Positions 1 to 9,753 of a stretch of 64,000 nucleotides of DNA are shown here, one piece after another. The DNA lies in the NCBI GenBank assembly GCA_027021705.1, contig JALUTT010000152.1, forward strand, positions 22,109 through 86,108. The letters run 5' to 3'. Position numbers and translations under genes: made by a program. This stretch comes from Anaerolineae bacterium. Its GTDB lineage: Bacteria; Chloroflexota; Anaerolineae; S140-20. The notes beneath the pieces are model-generated. The model did no database searches, had not been told where the DNA came from, and saw only the letters and a list, made by a program, of their open reading frames with translations. Numbering within the stretch: the first letter of the stretch is position 1; every line of letters starts with the position of its first letter.

Positions 1-1
1 C

Positions 2-1084
2 GGGCGCTACGGGAACCCGACGGTGACGGCTGCGGAGCAGAAGCTGGCCGCCCTGGAGGGCGGAGAGGCTGCGTTGCTTCTCTCCAGCGGCATGGCGGCA
101 GTGACCCTCGTTTTCCTCTCGTTCCTCTCGACCGGCACCCACCTGATCCTGACTGATGACTGTTACCGGCGCACCCGCCAGTTCGCCCGTCAGTTTCTCC
201 GGCGCTGGGGCATTGATGTGACTGTGGTGCCGATGGGCGACTATGAAGCGCTGGAGCAGGCCATCCGCCCCAAAACCCGCCTCATCTTCTCCGAGTCGCC
301 CACCAACCCCTATCTGCGGGTTCTGGACCTGCCGCGTGTGGTCGAGATCGCCCATCGTCACGGCGTTAAGGTGGCAGTGGACGCTACCTTCGCCACCCCC
401 ATCAACCAGCGTCCTCTGGAGTTCGGTGTGGACCTGGTGATCCACAGCGCGACCAAGTACCTGGGTGGTCATAACGATCTGCTGGCCGGCGTCGTCATTG
501 GCTCGGCTCCGCTGATCAACTTGCTGCGGGAGACCCAGGCCGTGGTGGGGGCTGTGCTGGACCCCCACACTGCCTACCTGCTGATCCGGGGGCTTAAGAC
601 GCTGGCCCTGCGGGTGGCCCACCAGAACGAGAGTGCTCTCCAAGTGGCCCGCTTCCTGGAGCACCATCCCTTGGTCCGTCGGGTCTACTACCCGGGCCTT
701 CCCAGCCACCCGGACCACGCCATCGCCATCGCCCAGATGGAGGGCTTCGGCGGCGTCGTTAGCTTTGAGTTGGCGACAGACCTGGCGGGCACCGTGGCCT
801 TCGTGGACGCTCTCCAGATCCCCCGCATCGGCCCCAGCCTGGGTGGGGTGGAGAGCTTGGTCAACCAGGTGGCCCTTACCTCCTACTACGACCTGGGGCC
901 GGAGGGATGGGCGGAGGTGGGTATCAGTGCCGGACTGGTCCGCCTGGCCGTCGGGGTCGAGGATCCTCAGGACCTCATCGCCGACCTGGCCCAGGCGCTG
1001 GAGGCGGCGGCCCGTGCCGATGCGCCTTCGGGGTGGCTGGAGGCGGTCTCTCCGGTCCCGCTGGAGCAGACCTCTACACCCTGA
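2..1084 (+). CDS. metB: PLP-dependent trans-sulfuration enzyme (cystathionine gamma-synthase / Cys-Met metabolism family), 5'-truncated by window edge
   Basis: Frame opens with GRYGNPT; SSGMAA, ESPTNP, HSATKYLGGHND (PLP lysine), SLGGVESL and LVRLAVGVED motifs. Confidence 0.8.
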   Translation, partial: GRYGNPTVTAAEQKLAALEGGEAALLLSSGMAAVTLVFLSFLSTGTHLILTDDCYRRTRQFARQFLRRWGIDVTVVPMGDYEALEQAIRPKTRLIFSESPTNPYLRVLDLPRVVEIAHRHGVKVAVDATFATPINQRPLEFGVDLVIHSATKYLGGHNDLLAGVVIGSAPLINLLRETQAVVGAVLDPHTAYLLIRGLKTLALRVAHQNESALQVARFLEHHPLVRRVYYPGLPSHPDHAIAIAQMEGFGGVVSFELATDLAGTVAFVDALQIPRIGPSLGGVESLVNQVALTSYYDLGPEGWAEVGISAGLVRLAVGVEDPQDLIADLAQALEAAARADAPSGWLEAVSPVPLEQTSTP

Positions 1085-1097
1085 GGCAGTCCGGCGG

Positions 1098-2570
1098 CTA
1101 TCCCATCATCGGGGTACCCCGCATCTCCATCGGCTGGCCCATCAGCCAGAGGGCCGCCAGCAGCAGGAGCAGCAGCAGGCCGGCCCAAGGCAGGAAAGCC
1201 TGCCAGGTTCGCTGGGGGGCGTCTTGAGCGGCCAGGCGGTAGGCCACCAACAGCGATCCGACCCAACCCAGGACGATGAAGCCCAACTCGAGAGGGAAGA
1301 GCCAGTCCATCGGGATCAGGGGGCCTGGGTAGGGGAGGCCGAAGTTGGCCCCTTGGGAGGGGAGCCCCACGCTTGCTCCCCCCAGCCTCGCCCACAGCCC
1401 ATGCAACGCGGGCAGAAAGGTCCAGAAGCCGGTCAGGAAGTGGAAGCTGTAGTGGGCCAGCCAGATGCCGAAGCCCAAGGGTACCAGGGCGTAGGCGTAG
1501 CGGGTCATCAGGGGGAGCAGCCCCCCGCGCAGGCCGGCCCAGCGGCGGGCCAGTCCGCCAGCCAACCCCAGGAGCAGCACCGGTTCGACGACGAGGGCGA
1601 TGATGAAGAGCAGCCCCAGCACCGGAGCCTCGGAGCGGGTCCCCAGCAGGTTTCCCAACCAGGCCTCTACCGTGTAGATGGGACTGACCATTCCGAAGGC
1701 GTTGAGCAAAGCTCCGAAGGTGAAGACGGCGGCCAGAGCGGCCAGGTCGGGACGTCGGGAGAAACGTCCGATGCCGGAGCGCCAGAGGCCGGACCAGAGC
1801 TCGCTGGCCGGCAGCCGGGGCAGGATGCCCACGTTGTCGTAGGGACAGGCGTGCACGCAGTCCAGGCAGAAGGTGCAGTCCATGTTCCCCACCTTTCGGG
1901 CCTGGAAGAGCCCTAGTTCACATCCCCGCTGTTTTCCTCTCCCACGGATGCAGTCCTTGGTCCGGCAGTCGGCGCAAACCTGAGGATCGCGCACTCGCAC
2001 CTCCAAGGGGGAGACCAGGGAGGCGACGAAGTTGAACTGGCCGATGGGGCAGAGGTACTTGCAGAAAGGGGCTCCCCGGAAGAGGCCATCTACCAGCAAG
2101 AGGATGACAAAGTAGGCGACGACGAGCCAGGCCGTCCACCAGGGGGTGGCCCACAGGTCGAAGAGTTCGTAGGCGAAGAGGAGCAGGACCAGCAGGAGGA
2201 TGCCCATCCCTTTGTGACGCAGCCGGCGAGGCCAAACCCACGTCGGACGGAGGAAGCGTCGGAGCAGGTTGCGGGGCAGCATAAAGGGGCAGGCTAGACA
2301 GAAGAGATTGCCCGCGACGAGCAGTGCCAGGATGATGAGCCCCCGGTAGTGAACCCAGGCCAAGACCGTGGCCAGGTTCCCAGAGGCCCGTTGTGGCCCC
2401 TGCAGCCCGTCCAGCACCATCAGCAGGGCGATCAGCGTCAAGGGGACTTGCAACGTTGTCCGAGCATGACGCCAGCGCAGGAAACGCCCCAGGCCCGGCA
2501 GGGCTATCAGATCCACGGACGTGGAAGCCGATGAAGGGGTGGAGGGGGAGAGGGTGGTCTGCGTCGTCAT
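1098..2570 (-). CDS. Polytopic membrane 4Fe-4S ferredoxin-type protein (FesM/NapH-like)
   Basis: Multiple TM segments; CxxxCP motifs (FCLACP, FCKYLCP); CADCRTKDC and CTFCLDCVHACP cluster motifs. Confidence 0.75.
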   Translation of the reverse strand: MTTQTTLSPSTPSSASTSVDLIALPGLGRFLRWRHARTTLQVPLTLIALLMVLDGLQGPQRASGNLATVLAWVHYRGLIILALLVAGNLFCLACPFMLPRNLLRRFLRPTWVWPRRLRHKGMGILLLVLLLFAYELFDLWATPWWTAWLVVAYFVILLLVDGLFRGAPFCKYLCPIGQFNFVASLVSPLEVRVRDPQVCADCRTKDCIRGRGKQRGCELGLFQARKVGNMDCTFCLDCVHACPYDNVGILPRLPASELWSGLWRSGIGRFSRRPDLAALAAVFTFGALLNAFGMVSPIYTVEAWLGNLLGTRSEAPVLGLLFIIALVVEPVLLLGLAGGLARRWAGLRGGLLPLMTRYAYALVPLGFGIWLAHYSFHFLTGFWTFLPALHGLWARLGGASVGLPSQGANFGLPYPGPLIPMDWLFPLELGFIVLGWVGSLLVAYRLAAQDAPQRTWQAFLPWAGLLLLLLLAALWLMGQPMEMRGTPMMG

Positions 2571-2592
2571 AGTGCGGATCCTCTCCTCCTGG

Positions 2593-3207
2593 TCACCGGG
2601 ACAACAGCTGCCGGATGTCGTAGGTGATGTCCTCAGCGGGGGTGCCGAAGGCGTGGCTCAACACCCAGCGTCCTTCCTGGTCGAGGAGGTAGGTCCGCGC
2701 CGTGTGGTTCACCAGGTAACTCGAGGCAGTCTCCGCAGTCGTCACCTTCTCGCGGTAGACGCCGAAGGCTTTGTAGACCGCCTCCAGTTCCTCGGGGGTG
2801 CCGGTGAGCCCGAAGAAGTCGGGGCTGAAGAGGGTGACGTGCTCTCTCAGCCGCTCCGGCGTGTCTCGCTCGGGGTCTACGGTGATGAAGACAAAGCGGA
2901 CTCGGTCGGCGTCATCTCCCAGCGCCTCACGGACTTGCTTCCAAGTGGACAAGGTCGCCGGGCAGACGTCGGGGCAGTGGGTGTAACCGAAGAAGAGGAG
3001 GACGATACGGCCTCGTTGGTCGCTGAGGCGGAAGGGCTGCCCGTCGTAGTTGGTGAGCACGAAGTCCGACGCCGGTTGGGGGGGCTGGATTACCGTCCCC
3101 CGGAAGGTGGGGGCCGATGACCCACAAGCGGTGAGCAGGAGTCCTATGACGAGGGTGACGAGGATGAGCCTCAGGTGGCACTGGAGTGAGCGAGTTGGTT
3201 GATGCAT
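2593..3207 (-). CDS. SCO1/SenC copper chaperone lipoprotein
   Basis: Lipobox LLTAC; FFGYTHCPDVCP, ITVDPERDT and a conserved His (VNHT). Confidence 0.92.
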   Translation of the reverse strand: MHQPTRSLQCHLRLILVTLVIGLLLTACGSSAPTFRGTVIQPPQPASDFVLTNYDGQPFRLSDQRGRIVLLFFGYTHCPDVCPATLSTWKQVREALGDDADRVRFVFITVDPERDTPERLREHVTLFSPDFFGLTGTPEELEAVYKAFGVYREKVTTAETASSYLVNHTARTYLLDQEGRWVLSHAFGTPAEDITYDIRQLLSR

Positions 3208-3241
3208 CGGATCGCTACCCTTTCATTTAGCTAGAGATTGG

Positions 3242-3541
3242 TTAGCTGGAGGTTGGTCGGAGAACGTTGCGGGTGCTTCCCAGGATGACTAGGCCGGCCC
3301 AAAAGGTGGCCGCCTCGGTCAGGTGGGGGGCCGGGACCACATCGGCAGCCGAAGGGGTGCGTTGGCAATCCCCAGGCCGAGCTGAAGGGCCGGCAGAAGC
3401 CCTGATCCGAGGGCGAAGTGCTGTAGTGGGCTTTCCCCGGGGCGGCGCACCACCCATCCCACCAGCACCGGGGCCAGGGGGGCGACGCCAAGGGCCACGT
3501 AGTAGAATTGTACTCGCCAGAGCGGAGAAGGCAAGTAGCAC
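3242..3541 (-). pseudogene. Possible frameshifted remnant of the C-terminal part of heme A synthase (CtaA/COX15)
   Basis: One frame reads LQLGLGIANAPLRLPMWSR and, after a shift in a C6 run near 3325-3330, continues HLTEAATFWAGLVILG. This resembles the last two CtaA helices (QxxLG...LP....HL..A..W). Lies next to ctaB. Confidence 0.4.
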
Positions 3542-3702
3542 CGTGGGATCGGGACGGTTTTGGGACGAGGGGCGATCTACCGTTGAGATAGCCTCAGGCC
3601 TCTCCGTGCTGATGGCCTCATCTCAGGAGAGGCTCCCGCGCCGACCGGCCGGCGCGGGAGCCTGGGCCCTTTGTGGGCTTGATAGGATGCGCGATACCCT
3701 CC

Positions 3703-4650
3703 CTACACCAGCGCATCCACGCAGATCATCACCAGCACGAGGGCGAGATAGAGGTTCGAGGCATGGAAGAGTTGGTAAGCCTTCTTGGCCTCGGGTCTCG
3801 CTGCTAACTGGAGGTTGTGTCCTAGCAGGACGACGGTCGCCGCGCTCACAGGCATCAGGTAGATCCAGCCCAGGGTCGGGTGCCCGGTCAACAGAAGGGC
3901 TGCCAGCGCTGTTGCCACCGTGTGCAGCAGCACCCATCGGGCCGCTGTGCGTCCCTCGACCTTGACCGGCAGCATGGGGATCCCCCCCCGGGCGTAGTCC
4001 TGCCGGTAGACCATCGCCAGGCTCCAGAAGTGGGTTGGCGTCCAGAGGAAGACGAGCAGGGCCAACACCACCGCTCCGGGGTCGTTCCAAGCCCTGGTCG
4101 CTGCGCTCCCGCTGAGGACGGCGGCGCTACCCGCCGCGCCCCCGATGACGATGTTCAGCAGGGTACGGGGTTTCAACCAGAGGGTGTAGATGCCCACGTA
4201 GATGGCAGCCCCCAACAGCAGGAAGAAGCCCAAGGCTGCATTGAAGGGCACCACGCCCAAGGCGGGGAGCAGGATCATCAGTGTGGCGACGTAGGGCACC
4301 CAGTCAGGACGGGTGATGGAGCCGGTCACCAGAGGGCGTTGGCGTGTGCGGACCATCAGCGAGTCGGTCTCCTTCTCCAAGTACTCGTTGAGAGCCGAGG
4401 CCCCGGCTGCCGAGAGCCCTCCGGTGACCAGGAGCAGCAGCAGGGGACCGGTGCCGGGCCACCCCCGTGCTCCCAAGAAGGCCCCACCTACGGCTGCGAA
4501 GAGGAGCAAGGCCACAATGCGCAGCTTGAAGAGCACCACCAGGGTCCGTGCAAGGGTGGCGATGGGTCGGCGAGGGGCGATCACGGTCTCCTTCAGCGAC
4601 CCCGTCTCTGGCCTCCCCTCAGCATCCACGGTCGTTACGAAGGTGTTCAT
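3703..4650 (-). CDS. ctaB: Protoheme IX farnesyltransferase (heme O synthase)
   Basis: KLRIVALL, DSLMVRTRQRPL, YTLWLKPRT, NIVIGGAAG, WTPTHFWSLA and DYARGGIPMLP motifs. Confidence 0.95.
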   Translation of the reverse strand: MNTFVTTVDAEGRPETGSLKETVIAPRRPIATLARTLVVLFKLRIVALLLFAAVGGAFLGARGWPGTGPLLLLLVTGGLSAAGASALNEYLEKETDSLMVRTRQRPLVTGSITRPDWVPYVATLMILLPALGVVPFNAALGFFLLLGAAIYVGIYTLWLKPRTLLNIVIGGAAGSAAVLSGSAATRAWNDPGAVVLALLVFLWTPTHFWSLAMVYRQDYARGGIPMLPVKVEGRTAARWVLLHTVATALAALLLTGHPTLGWIYLMPVSAATVVLLGHNLQLAARPEAKKAYQLFHASNLYLALVLVMICVDALV

Positions 4651-4711
4651 CCATCCTCCTTCTCCACGTCACGCGCTTTCAGGTGGGGGCGGTTGCCGGA
4701 GCGCAACGGGC

Positions 4712-5155
4712 CTATTCGCACTTCAGGTTGGCGATGAAAGCGGCCAGCAGGTCAATCTCTTCGTCGGTGAAGATCTGGCCGAAGTTTTGAGGCATAAGGT
4801 TTGCCGGGTAACCAGGCGCGATTTCGGCATTCGGGTCCAGGATGGACTCGCGCAGGAATTCGACATCCTCCTCGCCGGCCTGCACCTCCTCGGCAGGATC
4901 GCACCACGATGGTCCTATTGTGCCGGTTGCACCCTCGATGCCTGGGATGATGTGACACGAGCCGCATCCTCCCTTTTCGATCAGGGGCTGCGCCTGGTCT
5001 ACGGAGGGGGCAGGAGGCAGGTTGCCGGTGGTCTCCGCGGGGGTGGGGGCAGGGGTAGACCTTCCACAACCGCTGATCACAAGGGCCAGGATGACCAGGA
5101 TGCCGACCAGGAACGGAACCGCTTGGGCGAACTGGACCTGCTTTTGTCGGAACAT
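4712..5155 (-). CDS. Monoheme c-type cytochrome lipoprotein
   Basis: ATG 5155 follows GGGAGGAG; lipobox VISGC; CGSCH heme motif; LRESILDPNA...PGYPANLMP with axial Met. Confidence 0.85.
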   Translation of the reverse strand: MFRQKQVQFAQAVPFLVGILVILALVISGCGRSTPAPTPAETTGNLPPAPSVDQAQPLIEKGGCGSCHIIPGIEGATGTIGPSWCDPAEEVQAGEEDVEFLRESILDPNAEIAPGYPANLMPQNFGQIFTDEEIDLLAAFIANLKCE

Positions 5156-5168
5156 AGGTCTCCTCCCA

Positions 5169-5999
5169 TCAGCTTTTGGGGACAGGGTTCCCCGGCGTTC
5201 TCTGCTCCTTGCTGCTGATGTAGCGCAGGTAGCCACCGCCCAGGATCAAGGCGAAGATGAACCACTGGATGGCATACCCCAGATGGGGGCCGTCGGAGAG
5301 GTCGAACGAGGGCTCGCTCCGGTAGGGCAGGTGGGTTCCATCGTCGTCCGACGGGGCCTGCAGGATGTAGATGGGCAGCAGATCGTAGGGCATCTGGGCT
5401 TGCAGGGCCGGGATGTCAATCCGATACCAGGTGCTCTGGAACGAAGGAGAGGCGGCGGCCTTTCCGTCGGTCCTGCCCCGGGGCGGTGGCTGGGAGAGCT
5501 GGAGGAAGCCGGTGATGACGACGGTTCCCGGCTTGTCGAATTGGGACCATCGTTCGGGTGCGGCCTCGGCCTCCGGGATCCAGCCCCGGTCCACCAGCAC
5601 CGCTCGGTTGCTTCCCTCGATGCGCAGGGGAGCGACCAGGTGAATGCCCGGTGTTCCCATCCAGTTCTGGTAGAGCAGCGCGACCTGGCGGGTGAAGTCG
5701 AACTGCCCGCGCACGGTGACCCGGCGGTTTTTCAGGACGTTGGGGTCTGCTGGGAGGGGGGCATCGGTTAGATCCAACGGGGGCAAGGCCAGTTGCCGGG
5801 CGATCTGGCCATTACGGGCCCGGCGCTGTGCCAGCCGGTCCAATTGCCAGAAGCCCAGTCGCACCATAACGGCCATTGCTGCCAGTACCAGCAGTGTGGT
5901 CCACCACCACCGGCGACCGAAGGGGGTGAGCAGCGATCTTCCGAGGGCTCGGAGCTTCGCTGAGCTGGGTGTCCGGTCTTTACCGTTGCCCATGGGCAC
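5169..5999 (-). CDS. SURF1 family cytochrome oxidase assembly protein
   Basis: LGFWQLDR, VLVDRGWIP and HLGYAIQWF motifs. Confidence 0.92.
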   Translation of the reverse strand: MPMGNGKDRTPSSAKLRALGRSLLTPFGRRWWWTTLLVLAAMAVMVRLGFWQLDRLAQRRARNGQIARQLALPPLDLTDAPLPADPNVLKNRRVTVRGQFDFTRQVALLYQNWMGTPGIHLVAPLRIEGSNRAVLVDRGWIPEAEAAPERWSQFDKPGTVVITGFLQLSQPPPRGRTDGKAAASPSFQSTWYRIDIPALQAQMPYDLLPIYILQAPSDDDGTHLPYRSEPSFDLSDGPHLGYAIQWFIFALILGGGYLRYISSKEQRTPGNPVPKS

Positions 6000-6888
6000 G
6001 TCCTTCCAGGCCAGGGGCGATCATCGCCTCGTCGGTCGCCCATCGAGATTCGGGTAGCAAGGGCTTCTGGTCCTCTGCCTGGATCAGCCGGGTGATGAGG
6101 ATGAGGGCGGCGAGCAGGTACATCATGCTGCCTGGGATCCACATGATCACCCCACCCAGTCGCTGGTCGGCGATGGGGGTCATCCCCCAAGCCCGAGGGA
6201 TGGTGGCGTAGTAGGTGTAGATGGGCGTCTGGGCGAAGGCGATGGCAACTCCGGTGAGCATGTTGGGTGGTACGACGCTGAGCAGGTAGGCGAGGCGGGC
6301 CCCCTGCGAGAAGCGGTGCAGCCGTGGACCGGCGGCGGTGGCGTGCCACCAGAAGAGCATCCCTGAACCGAAGAAGCTGAGGTGCTCCAGATCATGCACC
6401 AGGTCGGAACGGAGGGCGGCGTTGTAAGCGCCGGGGTCGTGCCAGCCCAGAAAGATGGCGATGAAGAGCATCCAAGTCAGCCCCGGCGTGGTGGCCGTGC
6501 GCAGGAACTGTCGGAAGGGGGCCTGTCGGCGGAAGAGTCGGACGACTTCCTCCTGCACACCCGCCGGCAACCCCCACAGGATGAAGGGGAAGGGGTTGGC
6601 CGCCAGCAGGAGGGGCGGGGCCAGCATCATCAGGAGGAGATGCTGGATCATGTGGACGAAGAAGAGGTAGGAGCCCAAAGTATCAATGGGGGAGAGCAGG
6701 GCCAGGGCGAGGGCCGTCAGTCCTCCCATATAGGAGGCCAGCCTCCATCTAGCCGCGAGCCGTCCCCGGCCCTGCTGTCGCAGACGCCACCAGCCTCGGC
6801 CAAAGATCGCGCCGGCCAGGACGAGGACCAAGACGACCTCGGGCCGCCATTCCCAGGATCGCAACGCCAAACTCCAGCGTGGGTCCAC
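5980..6888 (-). CDS. ctaG: caa3-type cytochrome c oxidase assembly factor CtaG
   Basis: HMIQHLLLMMLAPPLL, WHDP, HDLEH and DQRLGGVIMWIPG motifs. Confidence 0.9.
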   Translation of the reverse strand: MDPRWSLALRSWEWRPEVVLVLVLAGAIFGRGWWRLRQQGRGRLAARWRLASYMGGLTALALALLSPIDTLGSYLFFVHMIQHLLLMMLAPPLLLAANPFPFILWGLPAGVQEEVVRLFRRQAPFRQFLRTATTPGLTWMLFIAIFLGWHDPGAYNAALRSDLVHDLEHLSFFGSGMLFWWHATAAGPRLHRFSQGARLAYLLSVVPPNMLTGVAIAFAQTPIYTYYATIPRAWGMTPIADQRLGGVIMWIPGSMMYLLAALILITRLIQAEDQKPLLPESRWATDEAMIAPGLEGRAHGQR

Positions 6889-6990
6889 GGACCTTCCTTT
6901 CGTTTCGTTGAACGCCCTCCGGGCACTCCGAGCGGATAATCCCCTTCCTTGGCCTGCCGGTGGGTGTCTTGGCAGGGGGCGACCTGACCG

Positions 6991-7563
6991 TCAGCGGACC
7001 ACGGTGCCCATCAGGTAGAGGGCGGGGTAGAAGAAGACCCAGATCACGTCTACGTAGTGCCAGTAGATGGCACAGGCCTCCACGCCCCAATGGCGCTCGG
7101 AGGAGTAGTGGCCTTTACGTCCGTTGTTCCAGACGATGAGGATGAAGATGACGCCGCTCAGGACGTGGAGGGCGTGCATCCCCGTCATCCCGAAGAGCAC
7201 CGCTCCGAAAGCTCCGTCCCAAGGCCGGATGTGGCCGCGCCACTCGAAGCCCACGACGCCGATGAGGAAGAGGATGCCCAGAGCGGCTGTGATAAGGAGG
7301 CTGTTGAGGAAGGTCCTGCGGTCATCGTGGGCGATGGCCATCTCGGCCCGGTTCATGAAGAAGCTGCTGAGCAAGAGGATGGACGTGATGGTCAGGCCCA
7401 GCGTCTGGTCGAGTTCAGGGCGGGTGTTGCCCCACAGGTAGAAGCGGGAGACGAAGAGCCCGCCGAACAAGAAGGCTTCAGAGATGAAGAAGAGCCACAA
7501 TCCCAAACGATTGTTGCGGAGCTGGTGTCGGTAGTCGGCCATCGTTGAGGCAATGGTGCTCAT
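6991..7563 (-). CDS. ctaE: Cytochrome c oxidase subunit III
   Basis: GLWLFFISEAFLF, TGMHALHV and YWHYVDVIW motifs. Confidence 0.93.
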   Translation of the reverse strand: MSTIASTMADYRHQLRNNRLGLWLFFISEAFLFGGLFVSRFYLWGNTRPELDQTLGLTITSILLLSSFFMNRAEMAIAHDDRRTFLNSLLITAALGILFLIGVVGFEWRGHIRPWDGAFGAVLFGMTGMHALHVLSGVIFILIVWNNGRKGHYSSERHWGVEACAIYWHYVDVIWVFFYPALYLMGTVVR

Positions 7564-7808
7564 CCGTGTCCTCCCTCGTCAGACCAGAGCAGCGAGATGT
7601 GCATGTAGTACTGCAGGATCAGGCCGGCCTTGAAGAGGCCGATGATGAGTAGGGCGACAATGGCTGTGCCACTGCGTCCAACGGCGAACTCGATGGCGGT
7701 CAGCACGGCCAGGGCGATTAGCACGATGGTTCCCAAGCGGTAGGCCGCTGCCCGTTTCTGGGCCAAGGCAGGTGTTGAAGGGGTCGTGCGTTTCTTTTCC
7801 AGTTCCAT
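7560..7808 (-). CDS. ctaF: Cytochrome c oxidase subunit IV
   Basis: LAVLTAIEF and KAGLILQYYMHI; ATG 7808 after GGAGG; sits between subunits I and III. Confidence 0.85.
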   Translation of the reverse strand: MELEKKRTTPSTPALAQKRAAAYRLGTIVLIALAVLTAIEFAVGRSGTAIVALLIIGLFKAGLILQYYMHISLLWSDEGGHG

Positions 7809-7824
7809 TGGATCACCTCCAAGC

Positions 7825-9723
7825 TCACTCAGACGCCCCTGAGGGCGCAAACTGGATGTAGGTTGAACCGGGCAAGCCGTAGTCGTAAGGATCGCCGACG
7901 ACGACGAAGGGACGGGCGTAGCTGTGCTCGGGCACGGGCGAAGGGATCTGCCATTCGGGCGAGCGGGATCGCCAGGGGTTGGCCTCGGCCACCTCGCCGG
8001 TCCGGGCGCTGCGCACCAGGTTGTAGAGCATCACAAGGATGGAGAGGCCGATGACGAAGCCGGCGATGGTGATGAGCAGATGGCCCGTCTCAATGCCCAA
8101 GGCGGGGTCGTAGTCCACGATGCGGCGGCGCATCCCCTTCAACCCCACGTCCATCTGGACCAACGTCTGCACCCAGAAGGCGGGTGTCATCAGCCAGAAG
8201 TGGAGCTTGCCCAGGGTCTCGTTGTACTTGCGGCCTGTAACCTTGGGGAACCAGTAGTAGATGGCGGCGAAGAAGGGGAAGACGAAGCCTCCGAACATCG
8301 TGGCGTGGAAGTGACCGACGATCCAATAGGTGTCGTGCAGGAAGAGGTCGGTGGTCACGGTGCCATTGGGCGGGCCGCTCAGGCCACCGAGGAGGAAGAC
8401 GGAAATGGCCCCTAGGACGAAGAGCATCGGGGTGGGGAAGGAGAGCTTGCCCTGCCATACGGTGGCCACCCAGCTGAAGAATTTGACGCCTGTAGGGACG
8501 GCTACCAGGAGCGTGCTATACATCATCGGCACGCGCAGGCCGGGGTCCATACCGGCGGTGAACATGTGGTGGGCCCAGACCAGGAAGCCGACTAGCGCGA
8601 TGGCCATGCTGGAGAGGGCAACCCATCGGTAGCCGAAGAGGGGCTTGCGGGCGAAGACGGGCAACAACTCGCTGATGATCCCCAGGCCGGGCAAGACGAA
8701 GATGTAGACCGCCGGGTGGGAGTAGAACCAGAAGAGGTGCTGGAAGAGGAGCACGTTGCCCGGCGGTGACCCTAGGGCGATGGCCTCAGGGCTCAGGTTC
8801 GGATTGAAGAAGCCCATCCCCAGCACCCGTTCGACCACCACCATCAGGAAGGAAAGGCCGATGAGCTGGGTGCCAGTCAGTTGGATGATGGAAGCGGCCA
8901 AGGAGGCCCAGACGAAGATGGGCATGCGGAAGAGGGTCATCCCCGGCGTGCGCATCCGCAGGATCGTGACGATGATGTTGATGGCCCCGAGAATGGACGA
9001 GAGCCCGACGAAGTAGACCCCCAGGAGGAATAGGGGCGTTCCCAGCGGCGACTGAACGCTCAAGGGGGGATAGCCGGTCCAGCCGGTGTTCCACCCGCCG
9101 ACGAACATAGCTGCCACGACCAGGATGGCCCCGGGCACGTTGACCCAGTAGCCCAAGGCGTTCAGGCGGGGGAAGGCCATATCCGATGCTCCGATCATCA
9201 GGGGCACCAGGTAGTTCATCATCCCGCTGACGCCCAGCAGGATGGCGGCGATCATCACGATGCCGTGGGCACTGATCATCGTGTTGAAGGTGGGGGCGTC
9301 CAGGAACTGAAGGCCGGGCTGGGTCAGCTCTGTTCGGAAGATCCAGGCCAGCAGGCCGGCCACCAGCATCAAGGCGATGCCCGTGACCACGTATTGGACG
9401 CCGATCACCTTGTGGCTGTAGTCCACGCTGAGGTAGCGGGTCCAGGCCGGCCGACCTTCCGGCGGTCCGTGGCGCATCGGCGTTTCCTCGCCTTTCACCC
9501 ACTTGAACCAGTCGGTGAAAGCCCCGACGCCCACCAGGAAGCTGATGACTCCAACCAGGGCGCCTGCTACCATCACCGGCTCGGCGTTCCAGGCTGGCAG
9601 TCCCAACAGGACCCGGATGGCCATCGTGAGCGCCATACCGAAGGCGGTTCCGGCGGCCTGAGCGATCAGACCCCGAACCAGTCCTAGGGAGAGCAGTATC
9701 CTCATAGTCATCTCCTCCTGCAT
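7825..9723 (-). CDS. ctaD: Cytochrome c oxidase subunit I, A2 type, with an N-terminal two-helix extension
   Basis: DMAFPRLN, GWTGYPPLS, WFYSHPAVY (YS = A2 signature), WAHHMF, VPTGVK and GHFH motifs. Confidence 0.97.
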   Translation of the reverse strand: MQEEMTMRILLSLGLVRGLIAQAAGTAFGMALTMAIRVLLGLPAWNAEPVMVAGALVGVISFLVGVGAFTDWFKWVKGEETPMRHGPPEGRPAWTRYLSVDYSHKVIGVQYVVTGIALMLVAGLLAWIFRTELTQPGLQFLDAPTFNTMISAHGIVMIAAILLGVSGMMNYLVPLMIGASDMAFPRLNALGYWVNVPGAILVVAAMFVGGWNTGWTGYPPLSVQSPLGTPLFLLGVYFVGLSSILGAINIIVTILRMRTPGMTLFRMPIFVWASLAASIIQLTGTQLIGLSFLMVVVERVLGMGFFNPNLSPEAIALGSPPGNVLLFQHLFWFYSHPAVYIFVLPGLGIISELLPVFARKPLFGYRWVALSSMAIALVGFLVWAHHMFTAGMDPGLRVPMMYSTLLVAVPTGVKFFSWVATVWQGKLSFPTPMLFVLGAISVFLLGGLSGPPNGTVTTDLFLHDTYWIVGHFHATMFGGFVFPFFAAIYYWFPKVTGRKYNETLGKLHFWLMTPAFWVQTLVQMDVGLKGMRRRIVDYDPALGIETGHLLITIAGFVIGLSILVMLYNLVRSARTGEVAEANPWRSRSPEWQIPSPVPEHSYARPFVVVGDPYDYGLPGSTYIQFAPSGASE

Positions 9724-9753
9724 TGTCTGTGGCGCAGCTTTCGAGGCTGCGTG

